Shown piece after piece: positions 47,110 to 57,946 of a stretch of 64,000 nt of DNA (positions are counted from its first letter, which is position 1; every line of letters starts with the position of its first letter). The DNA comes from a virus. The position numbers and the translations under genes were made by a program. The DNA lies in the IMG/VR virus record IMGVR_UViG_3300047462_000154, positions 108,316-172,315 of that record, one strand, 5' to 3'. A model generated the notes under the pieces. It was not told where the DNA came from. It did not search any database and saw only the letters and a program-made list of their open reading frames with translations.

Positions 47110-49382
47110 GTCCCAGCACGAACAACAGCTTTTTGCACTTGTTGTGTTGATTTAGTAGTTTTTTGTTGTTGGGTAATTGTTTGAATACCAAGGGCTTTTT
47201 GTAATTTCAACTGTTCTTCAGTCAACATCGCAATTTGTTTCAACAATTCAAGATGTTTTTGACCTGTGGCGGTTTTATCTTCCTGTTTATCTTTTGATAT
47301 TTCAGTAATTGTATCATTATACATTTTTTGATAATAATTCATATCAGGATTAACGCCACGTCCTTGGGTAAATCTAGAACCAGTATTTCCCAAATCTTTA
47401 ACTGATGGCGCGGCGCTGATTAAACCAGCTAATCCTAAGCCAGCAGCAGCCACCAAACCGCCTCCTAGCGGGTCTATTAATTCTCCTGCACCAAATGCTT
47501 CACCTTCTGGTCCTAACTCTGGAGCAAGCCTTCCAAGGGCTTTTGCGCCTGCTTTCGTGCCGTTCCAGATACCACTTGCGCCTTTTTCAATACCAGTTTT
47601 TGTGCCGCTCCATAATTTGGATGGAATATTTTTAATTGTTTCTTTGGCTATTGTTAAACCACTTGTTACGGCATTTTTCATAGAAGATGGAATTAATTTA
47701 CCAAGCAATCCAACTAATCCTGCAATTCCTTTACCACCAATATTCACAACGCCTGCAAACACATTCATTAATGCTACGGCTCCAAGTTTAGCTAATAGTG
47801 CCGTTCCAACACCAACTGCAATAGATTCTTTTGGATGGTTTAATACCCATCCTACCAATTTTAATACTTCTGCAAACAAATATTGGAATCCATCTGAGAA
47901 TTTCTTAATATTATCTTGAGTAAAAGTATTTTTAATTAATGTTCCCATACCTTTAAAAAAATCAGAATATATTTTAATTGATTCAGGACTTAATAATGTT
48001 GTGATAATATTTCCTGCCAAATCACCAAGAGATTGGAATGCAGGCGCTAATGTATTTGTAATTGTATCACCAGCATTTCCAAATGCTGAATTTATTTTTG
48101 TAAGAGTTCCAAAAAACCCTTTGTCAAATGCTGTTGTTAATGAATTAATTGTATTTTCAAGAGTATTAAAGAATTTAGTTAGATTATCTTCATTGACATT
48201 ATCTTGTGAAAATTTATCTGGATTAATTCCTCGTAAATTAAATAACAATGTTCCTAATTGTGCAACATCAGCATTACCAGCTTTTGCTTGAAGATTGATA
48301 AAATCTTCTTTTGAAATACCTTCATCTTGAAGTGTTTTTACAAGAGTTGCTAAATCATTTTTAGTTGCTGTTCCAGATTGCACTTTATCTGCATAATTTT
48401 GCAAAATTCCCGCAACATCTCCCATACCACCACTATATAATTCTTTACCCAAATCAGAAAATTGAACACCACCATAACCAATTGTTTGAACCAAAGCTTT
48501 ACTTAATTGTGTGCCAGTATCTCCAGGCAATGATGCTAACCCAGCAGTTGCTTGAGTGATTTGTTGCATTTGCTGTGGTGATAGATTTAAAGATTGAATG
48601 GAAACATCACCAAGTGCACCATTTGTAGCACTTTGAATTTCTTCTTTCGATTTACCAGTTACAGCAGAAAAATCAGCCAAATCTTTTGCAAATTGAACAA
48701 TAGATTGTTGATTAACTTTTGTATTTGCTGTAGTTAATAAATTTTGTTTTCTTAATGTTTCTGCATAATCTGCTGTTAAATCATTTAATTGTTCTATGTT
48801 CATACCATAGAACCCAAATTGTTTTAGATTATCTCTAATACCTTTTGCAAATATTCCAATATTATCAGCACCATCTTGGCTATTTGCAGACATAACTGCT
48901 GATACTGTTGCTTGTCTTTGTAATAACTCAGAAAACATCTGTAATGGCACACCAGCTTGTGCTGCTTGCAATGCCATATTAATCATTGAACCACCAAAAG
49001 TTTGTCCAATGCTTGATAATTTATTATAAGTTTTTCCTAAATTAATACCACCATCAATTAACGTAGTAAATGTTTTACCCAATACTGCAAATTCAGCAAT
49101 GTGTTTAAACGTTTCATATAATCTATCACTACCACTACCTAATTTTGTGAAATGGTCAGTAAGAACATCTGTGGTGCGTTTTAATTTATCATGTGAACCA
49201 GATAATTTATTTCTTTTATCGTTTTCTAAAGATGAATTATCTTTTCCAGAATAAACATTTCCCTTACGTATTTGGGCTGTTCTGTTTTTATAACTTGTTG
49301 GGTCTGTATTTTTTACATAGGTGGTCAATAACTTTAATAAGTCATCAAATTTCTGTTCAAATTGTGCATCATCAATAGCCAT
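47106..49382 (-). CDS. Tape-measure-like protein
   Basis: 758 aa helical, Ala/Gly-rich with hydrophobic segments, divergent from gp26/gp51. Confidence 0.6.
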   Translation of the reverse strand: MAIDDAQFEQKFDDLLKLLTTYVKNTDPTSYKNRTAQIRKGNVYSGKDNSSLENDKRNKLSGSHDKLKRTTDVLTDHFTKLGSGSDRLYETFKHIAEFAVLGKTFTTLIDGGINLGKTYNKLSSIGQTFGGSMINMALQAAQAGVPLQMFSELLQRQATVSAVMSANSQDGADNIGIFAKGIRDNLKQFGFYGMNIEQLNDLTADYAETLRKQNLLTTANTKVNQQSIVQFAKDLADFSAVTGKSKEEIQSATNGALGDVSIQSLNLSPQQMQQITQATAGLASLPGDTGTQLSKALVQTIGYGGVQFSDLGKELYSGGMGDVAGILQNYADKVQSGTATKNDLATLVKTLQDEGISKEDFINLQAKAGNADVAQLGTLLFNLRGINPDKFSQDNVNEDNLTKFFNTLENTINSLTTAFDKGFFGTLTKINSAFGNAGDTITNTLAPAFQSLGDLAGNIITTLLSPESIKIYSDFFKGMGTLIKNTFTQDNIKKFSDGFQYLFAEVLKLVGWVLNHPKESIAVGVGTALLAKLGAVALMNVFAGVVNIGGKGIAGLVGLLGKLIPSSMKNAVTSGLTIAKETIKNIPSKLWSGTKTGIEKGASGIWNGTKAGAKALGRLAPELGPEGEAFGAGELIDPLGGGLVAAAGLGLAGLISAAPSVKDLGNTGSRFTQGRGVNPDMNYYQKMYNDTITEISKDKQEDKTATGQKHLELLKQIAMLTEEQLKLQKALGIQTITQQQKTTKSTQQVQKAVVRAGT

Positions 49383-49471
49383 AGATATTCCTTTATATCA
49401 AATATTTATATGATTAATAATAAATGGTTTTAATTGGATAAATAAATACAATTATATAGGGATATTATTAC

Positions 49472-50359
49472 ATGAATGATTTTGATGAATCTGAATTTTT
49501 TTCGGCAAGTGCAATAGGAAAATCCAAATTAAGTGGATATTATCGTATTCCTGGTTTGCATGTTATTGTTCCGACTAAGGGTAAATTTCTAACTGATTTT
49601 AAACCAACTATGAACAATGAGATTCCGATATATCCAATGAAAGCATCTGATGAGATGTTATTGAAAAACCCAGATGCATTGATGAGTGGATTGGCGTTGG
49701 AAAAATTATTTGAATCTTGTATTCCTTGTATTGGGAATCCTAGAGAAATTAGTATGCCTGATGTTGATACTTTATTGATTGGTATTCGTGCTGCTACATA
49801 TGGTGAAAAAATGCCATTGGATGTTGAATGTCCTTCTTGTAAATCTCAATATGATTATATTTGTGATTTGCCAAGTATTTTGGGAACGATGACATATGTT
49901 AATGAAGACAATTGTGTTAAATTATCGGAACAAATTTTAGTTTATGTAAAACCTTATACTTTAAAAGATGCTTCTGAAATTGCATTTTTATCATTTGACG
50001 AAATGAGAGAATTACAAAATATGCAAGCAAGTATTGCGGATGATGAAGAAGGTAGAAAAATAAAAACTGAAAAAATGAATGATACAATGAAGAAAATATC
50101 AGATTTGACTTTGGATATTTTAGTCAATTGTATTTTACATATTGTTGTTCCAGAAGGTGTTGTATCTGATAAAAAAGAAATCAAAGATTTTTTAAAGAAC
50201 ATATCAAAAGCTTGGTATGAGATGATTGATAATCGTGTTAAAGATATGAACAATCATGGCATTGATAAAAAATTACATATTGTTTGTGATAATTGCAAAC
50301 ATGAATGGGATAGCAACATGGAGATTGACCCCACAAGTTTTTTCGACGCAGGCTCTTGA
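49472..50359 (+). CDS. Baseplate hub assembly protein gp26-like
   Basis: PMKASDEMLLKNPDAL, IRAATYG, CPSC and CDNC. Confidence 0.85.
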   Translation: MNDFDESEFFSASAIGKSKLSGYYRIPGLHVIVPTKGKFLTDFKPTMNNEIPIYPMKASDEMLLKNPDALMSGLALEKLFESCIPCIGNPREISMPDVDTLLIGIRAATYGEKMPLDVECPSCKSQYDYICDLPSILGTMTYVNEDNCVKLSEQILVYVKPYTLKDASEIAFLSFDEMRELQNMQASIADDEEGRKIKTEKMNDTMKKISDLTLDILVNCILHIVVPEGVVSDKKEIKDFLKNISKAWYEMIDNRVKDMNNHGIDKKLHIVCDNCKHEWDSNMEIDPTSFFDAGS

Positions 50360-50577
50360 AAATAACCTCTCGTCAAGAGCTAACTGAATTTTTGAGGGAA
50401 TTTAAAGAGGAACAAACTGAATTAAGGAAGCAGATTCTTAACATCTGCTGGCACCTTCGCGGGGGTATATCTAGGGAAGAAGCATGGACTTTATCTGTTT
50501 TAGAACGAAATGACATTATGAAATTTATCAATGAAAGAATTAAAATTGTTCAGGAAACTAAATTACCATTGTTATAA
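50356..50577 (+). CDS. Baseplate hub assembly chaperone gp51-like
   Basis: ICWHLRGGISREEAWTLS..ER, follows gp26. Confidence 0.7.
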   Translation: MKITSRQELTEFLREFKEEQTELRKQILNICWHLRGGISREEAWTLSVLERNDIMKFINERIKIVQETKLPLL

Positions 50578-50589
50578 AATTCTTAAATA

Positions 50590-50877
50590 TCATTTAATTC
50601 TAGGGGTTTTTACACCTGTCAAAGCGGTGTAAATACTTACAGCGATAAACTCTATTTCACTTCGCATTTCAATAGCTTCACTATATTCTTCATCTGATGA
50701 TTGTATTCCCATAGTCCCATCAATACCATACCCCTGTTGTAAAGCACTTAATTTGGAAAAAGCTTCGTCTAATCTTTGATGCAATTCATAGCATTGAGCC
50801 ATACTTTGAATACCTAGTCCCATATGCAACGGTTCACCGTTTCTAGGAAAGTAAGGATTAAAACTTTCTACCTTCAT
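50590..50877 (-). CDS. Hypothetical protein
   Basis: AAGGGA RBS before MKVESF. Confidence 0.5.
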   Translation of the reverse strand: MKVESFNPYFPRNGEPLHMGLGIQSMAQCYELHQRLDEAFSKLSALQQGYGIDGTMGIQSSDEEYSEAIEMRSEIEFIAVSIYTALTGVKTPRIK

Positions 50878-50946
50878 TTTAAAGTTCCCTTTATCCAACG
50901 TTTTTCATCTTTCAAAAGCGTTTTCACTTGAATAATTTCATCTTTT

Positions 50947-51588
50947 ATGGTCATAATGAATATTATGACGCCAAAAAATAATAGTCAATATTTCATTGAT
51001 ATTCCAAAACACATATTGGAATTGGAACGTGCTGGATTTACACACGAATATCTTGACGCTTATTTAAAACAATTCTTTTCTGATAATGAATTAGTTTATT
51101 GTATTGAAAAAGAAAAAATATATTTTAAAAATAAAACTGATATGGTTTTATTTAAATTATTACATTTTTTAGATTTGAAAAATACAAAAAGCAAAATCAT
51201 AATGATAACTGAATATTTTATTGAAGTTGTTCCAAATTTTAATAATGTATTTCTTCACAATTATCAAAATGATGAAATTTATCAAAATTATTATTTAATA
51301 CATTTTTTAAAAGATAATGAATTGATTAAATCTATTACAGATATGAAAATATATTTTGAAAAAAAAGAAGATTTGGTTTTGTTTAAATTAATATATTTTT
51401 CAGATATACAAAATTTAGATTTTAACTATCATGGATTACAGAATCAAAATCCAACAGAAGAACTAAAACGTCAAGCGCTTAATGCAATCGAAAGATCAAT
51501 AAAAAACATTATTAAGTTTTATGCACCACATAATCTTGAACTTCGCCGCCTTCTGCATTACCACCATGAAGTTTATAATGCCATGTGA
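50947..51588 (+). CDS. Hypothetical protein with duplicated IYF...D..LFKL domain
   Basis: DNEL...KIYFKNKTDMVLFKL and DNEL...KIYFEKKEDLVLFKL. Confidence 0.55.
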   Translation: MVIMNIMTPKNNSQYFIDIPKHILELERAGFTHEYLDAYLKQFFSDNELVYCIEKEKIYFKNKTDMVLFKLLHFLDLKNTKSKIIMITEYFIEVVPNFNNVFLHNYQNDEIYQNYYLIHFLKDNELIKSITDMKIYFEKKEDLVLFKLIYFSDIQNLDFNYHGLQNQNPTEELKRQALNAIERSIKNIIKFYAPHNLELRRLLHYHHEVYNAM

Positions 51589-52330
51589 AATAAGGCTCAC
51601 CTTCTGTTGATACGACAGACCATGGATAATGATTTGCAATCCACTCATCAGCTAATTGTTTTTCTTCTTCATCTAAACCAGAAGCATCACCATTAACCAA
51701 ATAAGATGCCCATACTGATGGTGCGGTGATGGTATCTACTTCAATATGTTTTGAAGCTTCATTAAGATGTGCAATCAATTCGCGCATTGTAGGATAATCA
51801 GACATTTTATTCTCACATTCTAAAACATTATTTATATTTTTTATAAAATCGTAAAAATCTTCTGTATCTGTTGTTGGGTCAGTACCTTGTTCAACTGCCC
51901 ATATTGCTTCACCACTACTTATATTTCCAAACGCATTAACAATTTTTGCTCTACCTGGACCCCAATCAAAACCACATTCTTTATACCATTTTAAAGTATC
52001 TTTATACCAATATTTTAATTCCGGTTTTGAAACTTCACCTGAACCATCAAAAAGTATATATTTTCCTGCAATATCTGCAACAGAAAACACATGATTAAAC
52101 TCAACAAAATTATCAGATAAATTAACTTCATCACCATTCTTTAAATCATTATCAAAAACAACAATAGGTGCCATTAATCCAAAATTCCCTTCAAATGTTT
52201 CTGATAACCATTTTGAAAGAGCAATAGCAAAAGTGCCACAATTACCATAAAATAAACGTCCTTCATTAAAATGTTTTTGACATTTGGTGATAACATCAAT
52301 TACTTTTTGTTTATCAAATGGTTGTTTCAT
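51512..52330 (-). CDS. Two-domain protein; N-domain with Cys-His-Asp-like motif
   Basis: GNCGTFAIAL...NHVF...FDGSG; second domain APSVWASYLVNGDASGL. Confidence 0.55.
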   Translation of the reverse strand: MKQPFDKQKVIDVITKCQKHFNEGRLFYGNCGTFAIALSKWLSETFEGNFGLMAPIVVFDNDLKNGDEVNLSDNFVEFNHVFSVADIAGKYILFDGSGEVSKPELKYWYKDTLKWYKECGFDWGPGRAKIVNAFGNISSGEAIWAVEQGTDPTTDTEDFYDFIKNINNVLECENKMSDYPTMRELIAHLNEASKHIEVDTITAPSVWASYLVNGDASGLDEEEKQLADEWIANHYPWSVVSTEGEPYFTWHYKLHGGNAEGGEVQDYVVHKT

Positions 52331-52527
52331 TTTTTCATAACAGCCATATTATCCACCAGATTTGGATATGGTCTGCCAGCTTTTTTAGCACGCGCTTTAG
52401 CTTGTGATTTTTGTTGTGGTGTTAAATGAGAATGTTTCTTTTTAGGATTTGGAGATTCCCATGGAGCATGTGATTTCTCAATAAGATGCTCCAAATCACT
52501 GGTGAGTTTATCAAAATATTTTTGCAT
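52327..52527 (-). CDS. Small basic conserved protein
   Basis: LTPQQKSQAKARAKKAGRPYPNLVDNM. Confidence 0.7.
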   Translation of the reverse strand: MQKYFDKLTSDLEHLIEKSHAPWESPNPKKKHSHLTPQQKSQAKARAKKAGRPYPNLVDNMAVMKK

Positions 52528-52535
52528 AAAGTTAT

Positions 52536-53038
52536 TTATGCAGTGAATTTTCTCTGCAATTCCAAATATTTTTGATATTCAGGGTCTTCTTTTTTCTTTT
52601 CCAACGCAGCTTGTTTTTGGACGTGAACATCCAAGATGTTTTTTTTCATTTTATCGCAAATTTCACAATAAACCTCTTTAAATTTACGAAACAATATATG
52701 TTCGTAAACTTCGGAATAATTATCTACATTATGGTTTTCGTGATATTCCATAATTGGTGTGATGAATTTAAAAATTTCTCTTTCAAATTCATCACTTTTC
52801 ATTATTTTTTCAAGGTCTTTTAATCCACGAGTTCCAAGATAACGTTCATTATCTTTGGTGTTTGCAGTTATATATGCAAATTCCGAAGTGAACTTATCCA
52901 TTTCTTTTTTTAATTCTGCAATTGTTTCTGCTTCGAGAAAATGAATTTCCGCATCATTAAAAAATGAACACATGTATCTTGAATCATTGCCATGAGGATA
53001 ACCATATCTACCAATTTGGTAATATATACGATATAACA
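52536..53038 (-). CDS. Hypothetical protein
   Basis: GGAG RBS before MLYRIYY; start coordinate approximate. Confidence 0.55.
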
Positions 53039-53040
53039 TT

Positions 53041-53472
53041 TTATCTCTCCATCGCAAAAGCAGCAGCAAAACGTTGACGAATCAAATCATCAATTTTCAC
53101 AGATAATCCATCAAGAAATTGTTTTTCTTGCGCTGCAAACATCTGAGTCAACATGGCACTCATTTCTTTATATTGAACACTATCAACGGTCATATTGATT
53201 TTGGATGCAACTTTTTCTTGAACTGCTTTATCCAACAATTTGTGAGTTTGTTCACTCAATCTTGGATTAAAATAATTGGAGCCGTCAGTAGCCAATGAGT
53301 TCATCATGGTACTGATTTTGGCTTCAATTTTTTCTTTGGTTATTTTATTCGCCAATTCATGTGCAACTTGTGAAGCAGCATATTGCGCCAATTCAACAGT
53401 ACCTTCTGGGTCATGTTGAAACAATGCTTTCACACCATCAGAATTAATGACAATTTTGGTTTGGTTTCTCAT
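53041..53472 (-). CDS. Hypothetical helical protein
   Basis: AGGAG RBS before MRNQTK, TTGACA upstream. Confidence 0.6.
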   Translation of the reverse strand: MRNQTKIVINSDGVKALFQHDPEGTVELAQYAASQVAHELANKITKEKIEAKISTMMNSLATDGSNYFNPRLSEQTHKLLDKAVQEKVASKINMTVDSVQYKEMSAMLTQMFAAQEKQFLDGLSVKIDDLIRQRFAAAFAMER

Positions 53473-53558
53473 TTTATAATCTCCTGTTTCATAAAACATT
53501 TCAAAAATTATTTGTCAAGAGGAATTTTTTAATTATTTCCTCTTGAACAAACATTATT

Positions 53559-54161
53559 TTAGGCAGCGTTATCCAATTCCTGTTTTTCTTCGGGAATTGG
53601 TAAAGTTTCTGGTTTTTCTTTTTGTGCTGTTCCGACAGAAGCATTACCGTCTTTATCGATATAAAGAGCGCAATTCTTGAATCGCAACATACCTTTTGTT
53701 TTTCCATCGGGTAATTCGCGAGTTGACCATGAAACACCATCGGCTTCGAAATGATTGATATAATACATTTGACCAGCCGTTTTGAGAATCCACATAGGCA
53801 ATTGCGAAAATTCAAGATGCCCTTTGTTGAAATGGAAATCAATTATTTTGCAATGAGCAATGGATAAAGGGAATTTATCCATTTGTTCTTTCAATTGTTT
53901 TTCCATTGCATATAATCTTTTCATACGAAGTTTTGCTTCGGTAAGCAAAGACATTGCTTTAAATGCAATCGCACGAGAATAAGTGAGATTTGATTGCATA
54001 GAAGACGCATTATCCAATCCTGCTTTTTGGGCATTTTTGGTATCAAGTTTTTCTTTACGGATATTTTTGGAAATTTCTTTGTAGAGAATTTTCCATTCTG
54101 CGCGCCAAGCATTATAGCCTTTGCGGTCAGTGAATTTTGGTTCGAGTGCTAATACGGTCAT
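53559..54161 (-). CDS. Hypothetical protein
   Basis: AAAGGA RBS before MTVLALEPKF; FHFNK...PMWILK...TKG.LRFK. Confidence 0.65.
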   Translation of the reverse strand: MTVLALEPKFTDRKGYNAWRAEWKILYKEISKNIRKEKLDTKNAQKAGLDNASSMQSNLTYSRAIAFKAMSLLTEAKLRMKRLYAMEKQLKEQMDKFPLSIAHCKIIDFHFNKGHLEFSQLPMWILKTAGQMYYINHFEADGVSWSTRELPDGKTKGMLRFKNCALYIDKDGNASVGTAQKEKPETLPIPEEKQELDNAA

Positions 54162-54174
54162 TTGTGTGTTTCCT

Positions 54175-54379
54175 TTAAGAGTGAATAAGTTTGAAGAGTG
54201 AGGCGTCAGTTGAGTCACGAAAATAATAAACTTCATGACCAAGGCTGTATATCAAAAATATCTACTTTATTACAATAAATATTTTCTTTTCCTGATTTTA
54301 CAGAAAGAACTGGTTTGGTGGTTTTGTTTTTTCTATTTGAATCAATCAATCCGCGATTGACATGAATTATTGTTTTCAT
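54175..54379 (-). pseudogene. Deletion junction: truncated KTIIHVN-family gene fused out of frame to the tail of another gene
   Basis: MKTIIHVNRGLIDSNRKN...IYCNKVDIFD stops early at 54233; another frame reads GHEVYYFRDSTDASLFKLIHS*. Confidence 0.55.
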
Positions 54380-54822
54380 AAACCGTTTCCATAGGCAAAA
54401 ACCATTTTCTTTTTCTTTTCTGGCGGTGGTGGTGCATCACAGCTACCAAAAAACATAGCGCACATTTGAAAGAAATTTGGAAAAAATGCAGAATTAAAAT
54501 GTGAAGAGATTAATAAAAAAATAACCAAAACTAACATAAAAACTCTTGAAAATATAGCCATTGGAAAAACTTTCATACCATTCAATCCGTTTTTCCCAAT
54601 ACCAGTCGGTTTATTATTATAACTAAAAAATACCCACATTAATACCAAAGGAAGATAATTCAACCATTCTTTTTGATGTATTACAACATTTGCCATGGAA
54701 GCAATAATAGCAAATTTATAAGCCCATTTACATAAATCATATGGATGCATATGAGACACATTAACTATTCTTTGGAATATTTGTTCCAAAATCATATAAT
54801 CTATGAATTTTATAGGATTCAT
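54376..54822 (-). CDS. Membrane protein
   Basis: Hydrophobic segments; C-terminal CDAPPPP. Confidence 0.6.
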   Translation of the reverse strand: MNPIKFIDYMILEQIFQRIVNVSHMHPYDLCKWAYKFAIIASMANVVIHQKEWLNYLPLVLMWVFFSYNNKPTGIGKNGLNGMKVFPMAIFSRVFMLVLVIFLLISSHFNSAFFPNFFQMCAMFFGSCDAPPPPEKKKKMVFAYGNGL

Positions 54823-55068
54823 TTATTTTCCAAACAACAAAGATTTATAGCCATCATACAACCTTTTAACAAAAAAACCAATTTGATATAAAGCAAATAA
54901 TATAAAAAAAATAGAACTAAAAATGACAACGGTTGTTTTTACCGCAAGTTTTTCATTTGATGTAAGTCGATCTACGTTCATCCAGTCCAAACCAAAACTA
55001 AAATTCACATAAACCAACGAGATGAAAAAAGCACAAACCAAATAATAAACCAAAAACGCATGCAACAT
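54823..55068 (-). CDS. Small membrane protein
   Basis: Two hydrophobic segments. Confidence 0.55.
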   Translation of the reverse strand: MLHAFLVYYLVCAFFISLVYVNFSFGLDWMNVDRLTSNEKLAVKTTVVIFSSIFFILFALYQIGFFVKRLYDGYKSLLFGK

Positions 55069-55069
55069 T

Positions 55070-57946
55070 TTAACTTTCCTCTACATAAGTTTTACATCTA
55101 TCGCATAATTTTTTTGATGTATCATCATGCGATAAAGTTCCAAACACATTATGTTTCCAACATCTTTCGCATTTTTGTTGAAAATGGTTTACAAGTTTAA
55201 AAGTTTGTCCAGGTTTTTGGCGTATCGTAGCACCAGCAACACCAAATAAATTTTCCCAATCTTTAAAAACCCAACGATTAAAACCAAGGAAATAATACTC
55301 AGATGGTACAATTACATGTCTTTCTAAAGCAGAATTTATCTGTTTTTTAGAACGCAAATCTTCCAATTGTTTCATAACTTCTACTCTGATAGATTTAATA
55401 TTTTGCAAAAATTCAGGAAATTCAAAATATTTTTCAACATCCGTCAAACCAAAATCAAACTCCACTATATCAAATGTTTGACAATGAACAGATGTTTCTT
55501 TTCCAAAAGCAGATTGCCATGCTTCTTCTGTTGCAAATGGTATCACTGGTGCTAACCAACGAACCAAATGATGAAAAATTAAAACATAAGTATCTAAAGC
55601 AAATACTCTATTTGGTGTATTTGTAAAACCACCACAATAAAGAACATCTTTTCTCGCATCAAAATACATTGATAAATCATTCAAACAAAAATTGTATATT
55701 TCTAATACAACTTTTTTCCAATCATGATTTTCAACAGCAGCCAAAACCATTTTATTAATGGCATCCATACGCAATAAAATATAATGTTCCAACCAAACTT
55801 TATTACCAATTTTGAAATCATATCGTTTTTTGATTTCATCAAAAGTTTCAATCGGATTTTCACATAATGACCCAAGCAAATACCGCAATGTGTTTCTAAA
55901 TTTTTTATACATCTCCGCTTGCTGTTTCATTACGTCATCACCAATTTTCACATCTTCAGTCGCATCACATGTCGCAACCCAAAGACGCAAAACATCAGCA
56001 CCAAATTCACTGATTATTTTTTCAGGAGGAATTACATTACCATCCGATTTAGACATTTTCTTACCATGTTTGTCCAAAACAAAACCATCAGTAATCAATG
56101 TTTTAAATGGCGCAGAACCACGCTTATGATAATCTGATTTTGAATATCCACATGACTCAATCAAAGACGCCTGGAACCAACCACGATGTTGGTCCGAACC
56201 TTCAAGATAAACATCAGCTTTTGGCAATCCACGAGATTCTAAAACATATGCAAAAGAACATCCCGATTCAAACCAAACATCTACAATATCCATAATCATT
56301 TCATAATCATCAGGATTATATTCAGATACACCATAAGCATTTAAAAAATAATCTGCATTTTCCTTAAACCAAATATCAGCACCAAATTTTTGAATATAAT
56401 CGTCAATTGCGCCATCAACATCACAATCACGCAATATTTCACCAGTTTGCTTATGAACAAACAAAGTAATCGGAACACCCCAAGTGCGTTGTCTTGAAAT
56501 ACACCAATCAGGTCTTGATTGAACCATTGCTGTTAAACGATTTCTTGAAATATCTGGGATGAATTTAACATCATCCAAAGATTTCAAACTACGTTCACGA
56601 ATGGTCATACCATCATTATCTGTGGCTGACATATTAATAAACCATTGCGGTGTAGCAAGATAGATTAATGGGGCTTTAGAACGCCATGAGACAGCCGTAG
56701 AATGGGTCATATCTTTGGTGCATACCAAAATCTCATTATCTCCCAAAGCCTTTAAAACCGCTTGTAGAGCCTTATAAATATGCATACCACCGAACACTGG
56801 TAAATCAGATTTATATGTTCCATCTTTTAAAACATAATCTGTTAATGAAATCTTATTTTTCTTACATAGATAGAAATCATCTAAACCATGTGATGGTGCA
56901 ATGTGAACAATACCTGTGCCTGTTTCAGCAGTAACAAAATCACCATGTAAAACAGGAATTTCATCACTAAATATATTTTTACAAACTATTTTTTTCATAT
57001 AATCAGATTGAATGATATAAAGTATTGATGCTTTTATTTCAGCATTTTTACAAAAATCATCTAAAAGATTAGATGCTATAATAAAACGTTCGCCTTTTTT
57101 CATACCACCAAGAGTGGCACTAAACCCTGATGTTTCTGTTACAGAAAATAAAGCATATTCAATATTTTCATTGATAGCCAATGCTTTATTTGTAGGTAAA
57201 GTCCAAGGTGTAGTGGTCCATGCGATTAATGATGTATTTGGTGGTAATTGAAAATGTGGTTCAAATTCTTCTTGTCTTTCAAAACCACAAGAAAATACTG
57301 GAAATTTCACATAAATTGATGTGATTTTTTTTATCAACATATTCAACTTCCGCTTCTGCCAAAGAAGTTTGTTCAACAGGACTCCAGAAAACAGGACGAA
57401 AATCTCTATATAAATTCTTATGTGAAAAACTTCTGATTTCAGAAGCAATTTTTGCTTCTGTTTCATAATCCATAGAGTCAAATATGGTTGTTTCCAATCA
57501 GCAAAAATTCCAAGTCTTTGAAATTCTTGTGATTGAATATTTACCCAATGTTGAGCATATTCACGACATTCTTTTCTAAATTCTTCAACTGAAATATCAT
57601 TTTTATTTCTACCAGATTTTCTAAAATTTTCTTCAACCGCCCATTCAATCGGCAAGCCATGACAATCCCAGCCAGGAATAAAACTAACTTTTTTTCCTGC
57701 CATTGATTGTGTATTTGTTATTATTGATTTTCGACAAACATTGAAACTATGTCCAATGTGCGTGGAAAAATTGGCGTAAGGCGGTCCACTATGAAGAACA
57801 AACATTTTTGTTTTTCCTTCATTTCTTAAATTGTAAATGTCTTTTTTATTCCATTCAGAAATTATTTCTGGCTCTGATTTGAGAAAATCAGGACGCAATT
57901 TATAATCCGTTTTGGGTAGAAAAATGGTATCTTTAATGTCTTTCAT
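55070..57946 (-). CDS. ileS: Isoleucyl-tRNA synthetase (type 1) with a ~50-codon out-of-frame segment
   Basis: GPPYAN..HIGH, PGWDCHGLPIE, WTTTPWT, DWCISRQRTWG, EGSDQHRGWF, KMSKS, C-terminal CERC..CDRC. Confidence 0.93.
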   Translation of the reverse strand: MKDIKDTIFLPKTDYKLRPDFLKSEPEIISEWNKKDIYNLRNEGKTKMFVLHSGPPYANFSTHIGHSFNVCRKSIITNTQSMAGKKVSFIPGWDCHGLPIEWAVEENFRKSGRNKNDISVEEFRKECREYAQHWVNIQSQEFQRLGIFADWKQPYLTLWIMKQKQKLLLKSEVFHIRIYIEIFVLFSGVLLNKLLWQKRKLNMLIKKITSIYVKFPVFSCGFERQEEFEPHFQLPPNTSLIAWTTTPWTLPTNKALAINENIEYALFSVTETSGFSATLGGMKKGERFIIASNLLDDFCKNAEIKASILYIIQSDYMKKIVCKNIFSDEIPVLHGDFVTAETGTGIVHIAPSHGLDDFYLCKKNKISLTDYVLKDGTYKSDLPVFGGMHIYKALQAVLKALGDNEILVCTKDMTHSTAVSWRSKAPLIYLATPQWFINMSATDNDGMTIRERSLKSLDDVKFIPDISRNRLTAMVQSRPDWCISRQRTWGVPITLFVHKQTGEILRDCDVDGAIDDYIQKFGADIWFKENADYFLNAYGVSEYNPDDYEMIMDIVDVWFESGCSFAYVLESRGLPKADVYLEGSDQHRGWFQASLIESCGYSKSDYHKRGSAPFKTLITDGFVLDKHGKKMSKSDGNVIPPEKIISEFGADVLRLWVATCDATEDVKIGDDVMKQQAEMYKKFRNTLRYLLGSLCENPIETFDEIKKRYDFKIGNKVWLEHYILLRMDAINKMVLAAVENHDWKKVVLEIYNFCLNDLSMYFDARKDVLYCGGFTNTPNRVFALDTYVLIFHHLVRWLAPVIPFATEEAWQSAFGKETSVHCQTFDIVEFDFGLTDVEKYFEFPEFLQNIKSIRVEVMKQLEDLRSKKQINSALERHVIVPSEYYFLGFNRWVFKDWENLFGVAGATIRQKPGQTFKLVNHFQQKCERCWKHNVFGTLSHDDTSKKLCDRCKTYVEES

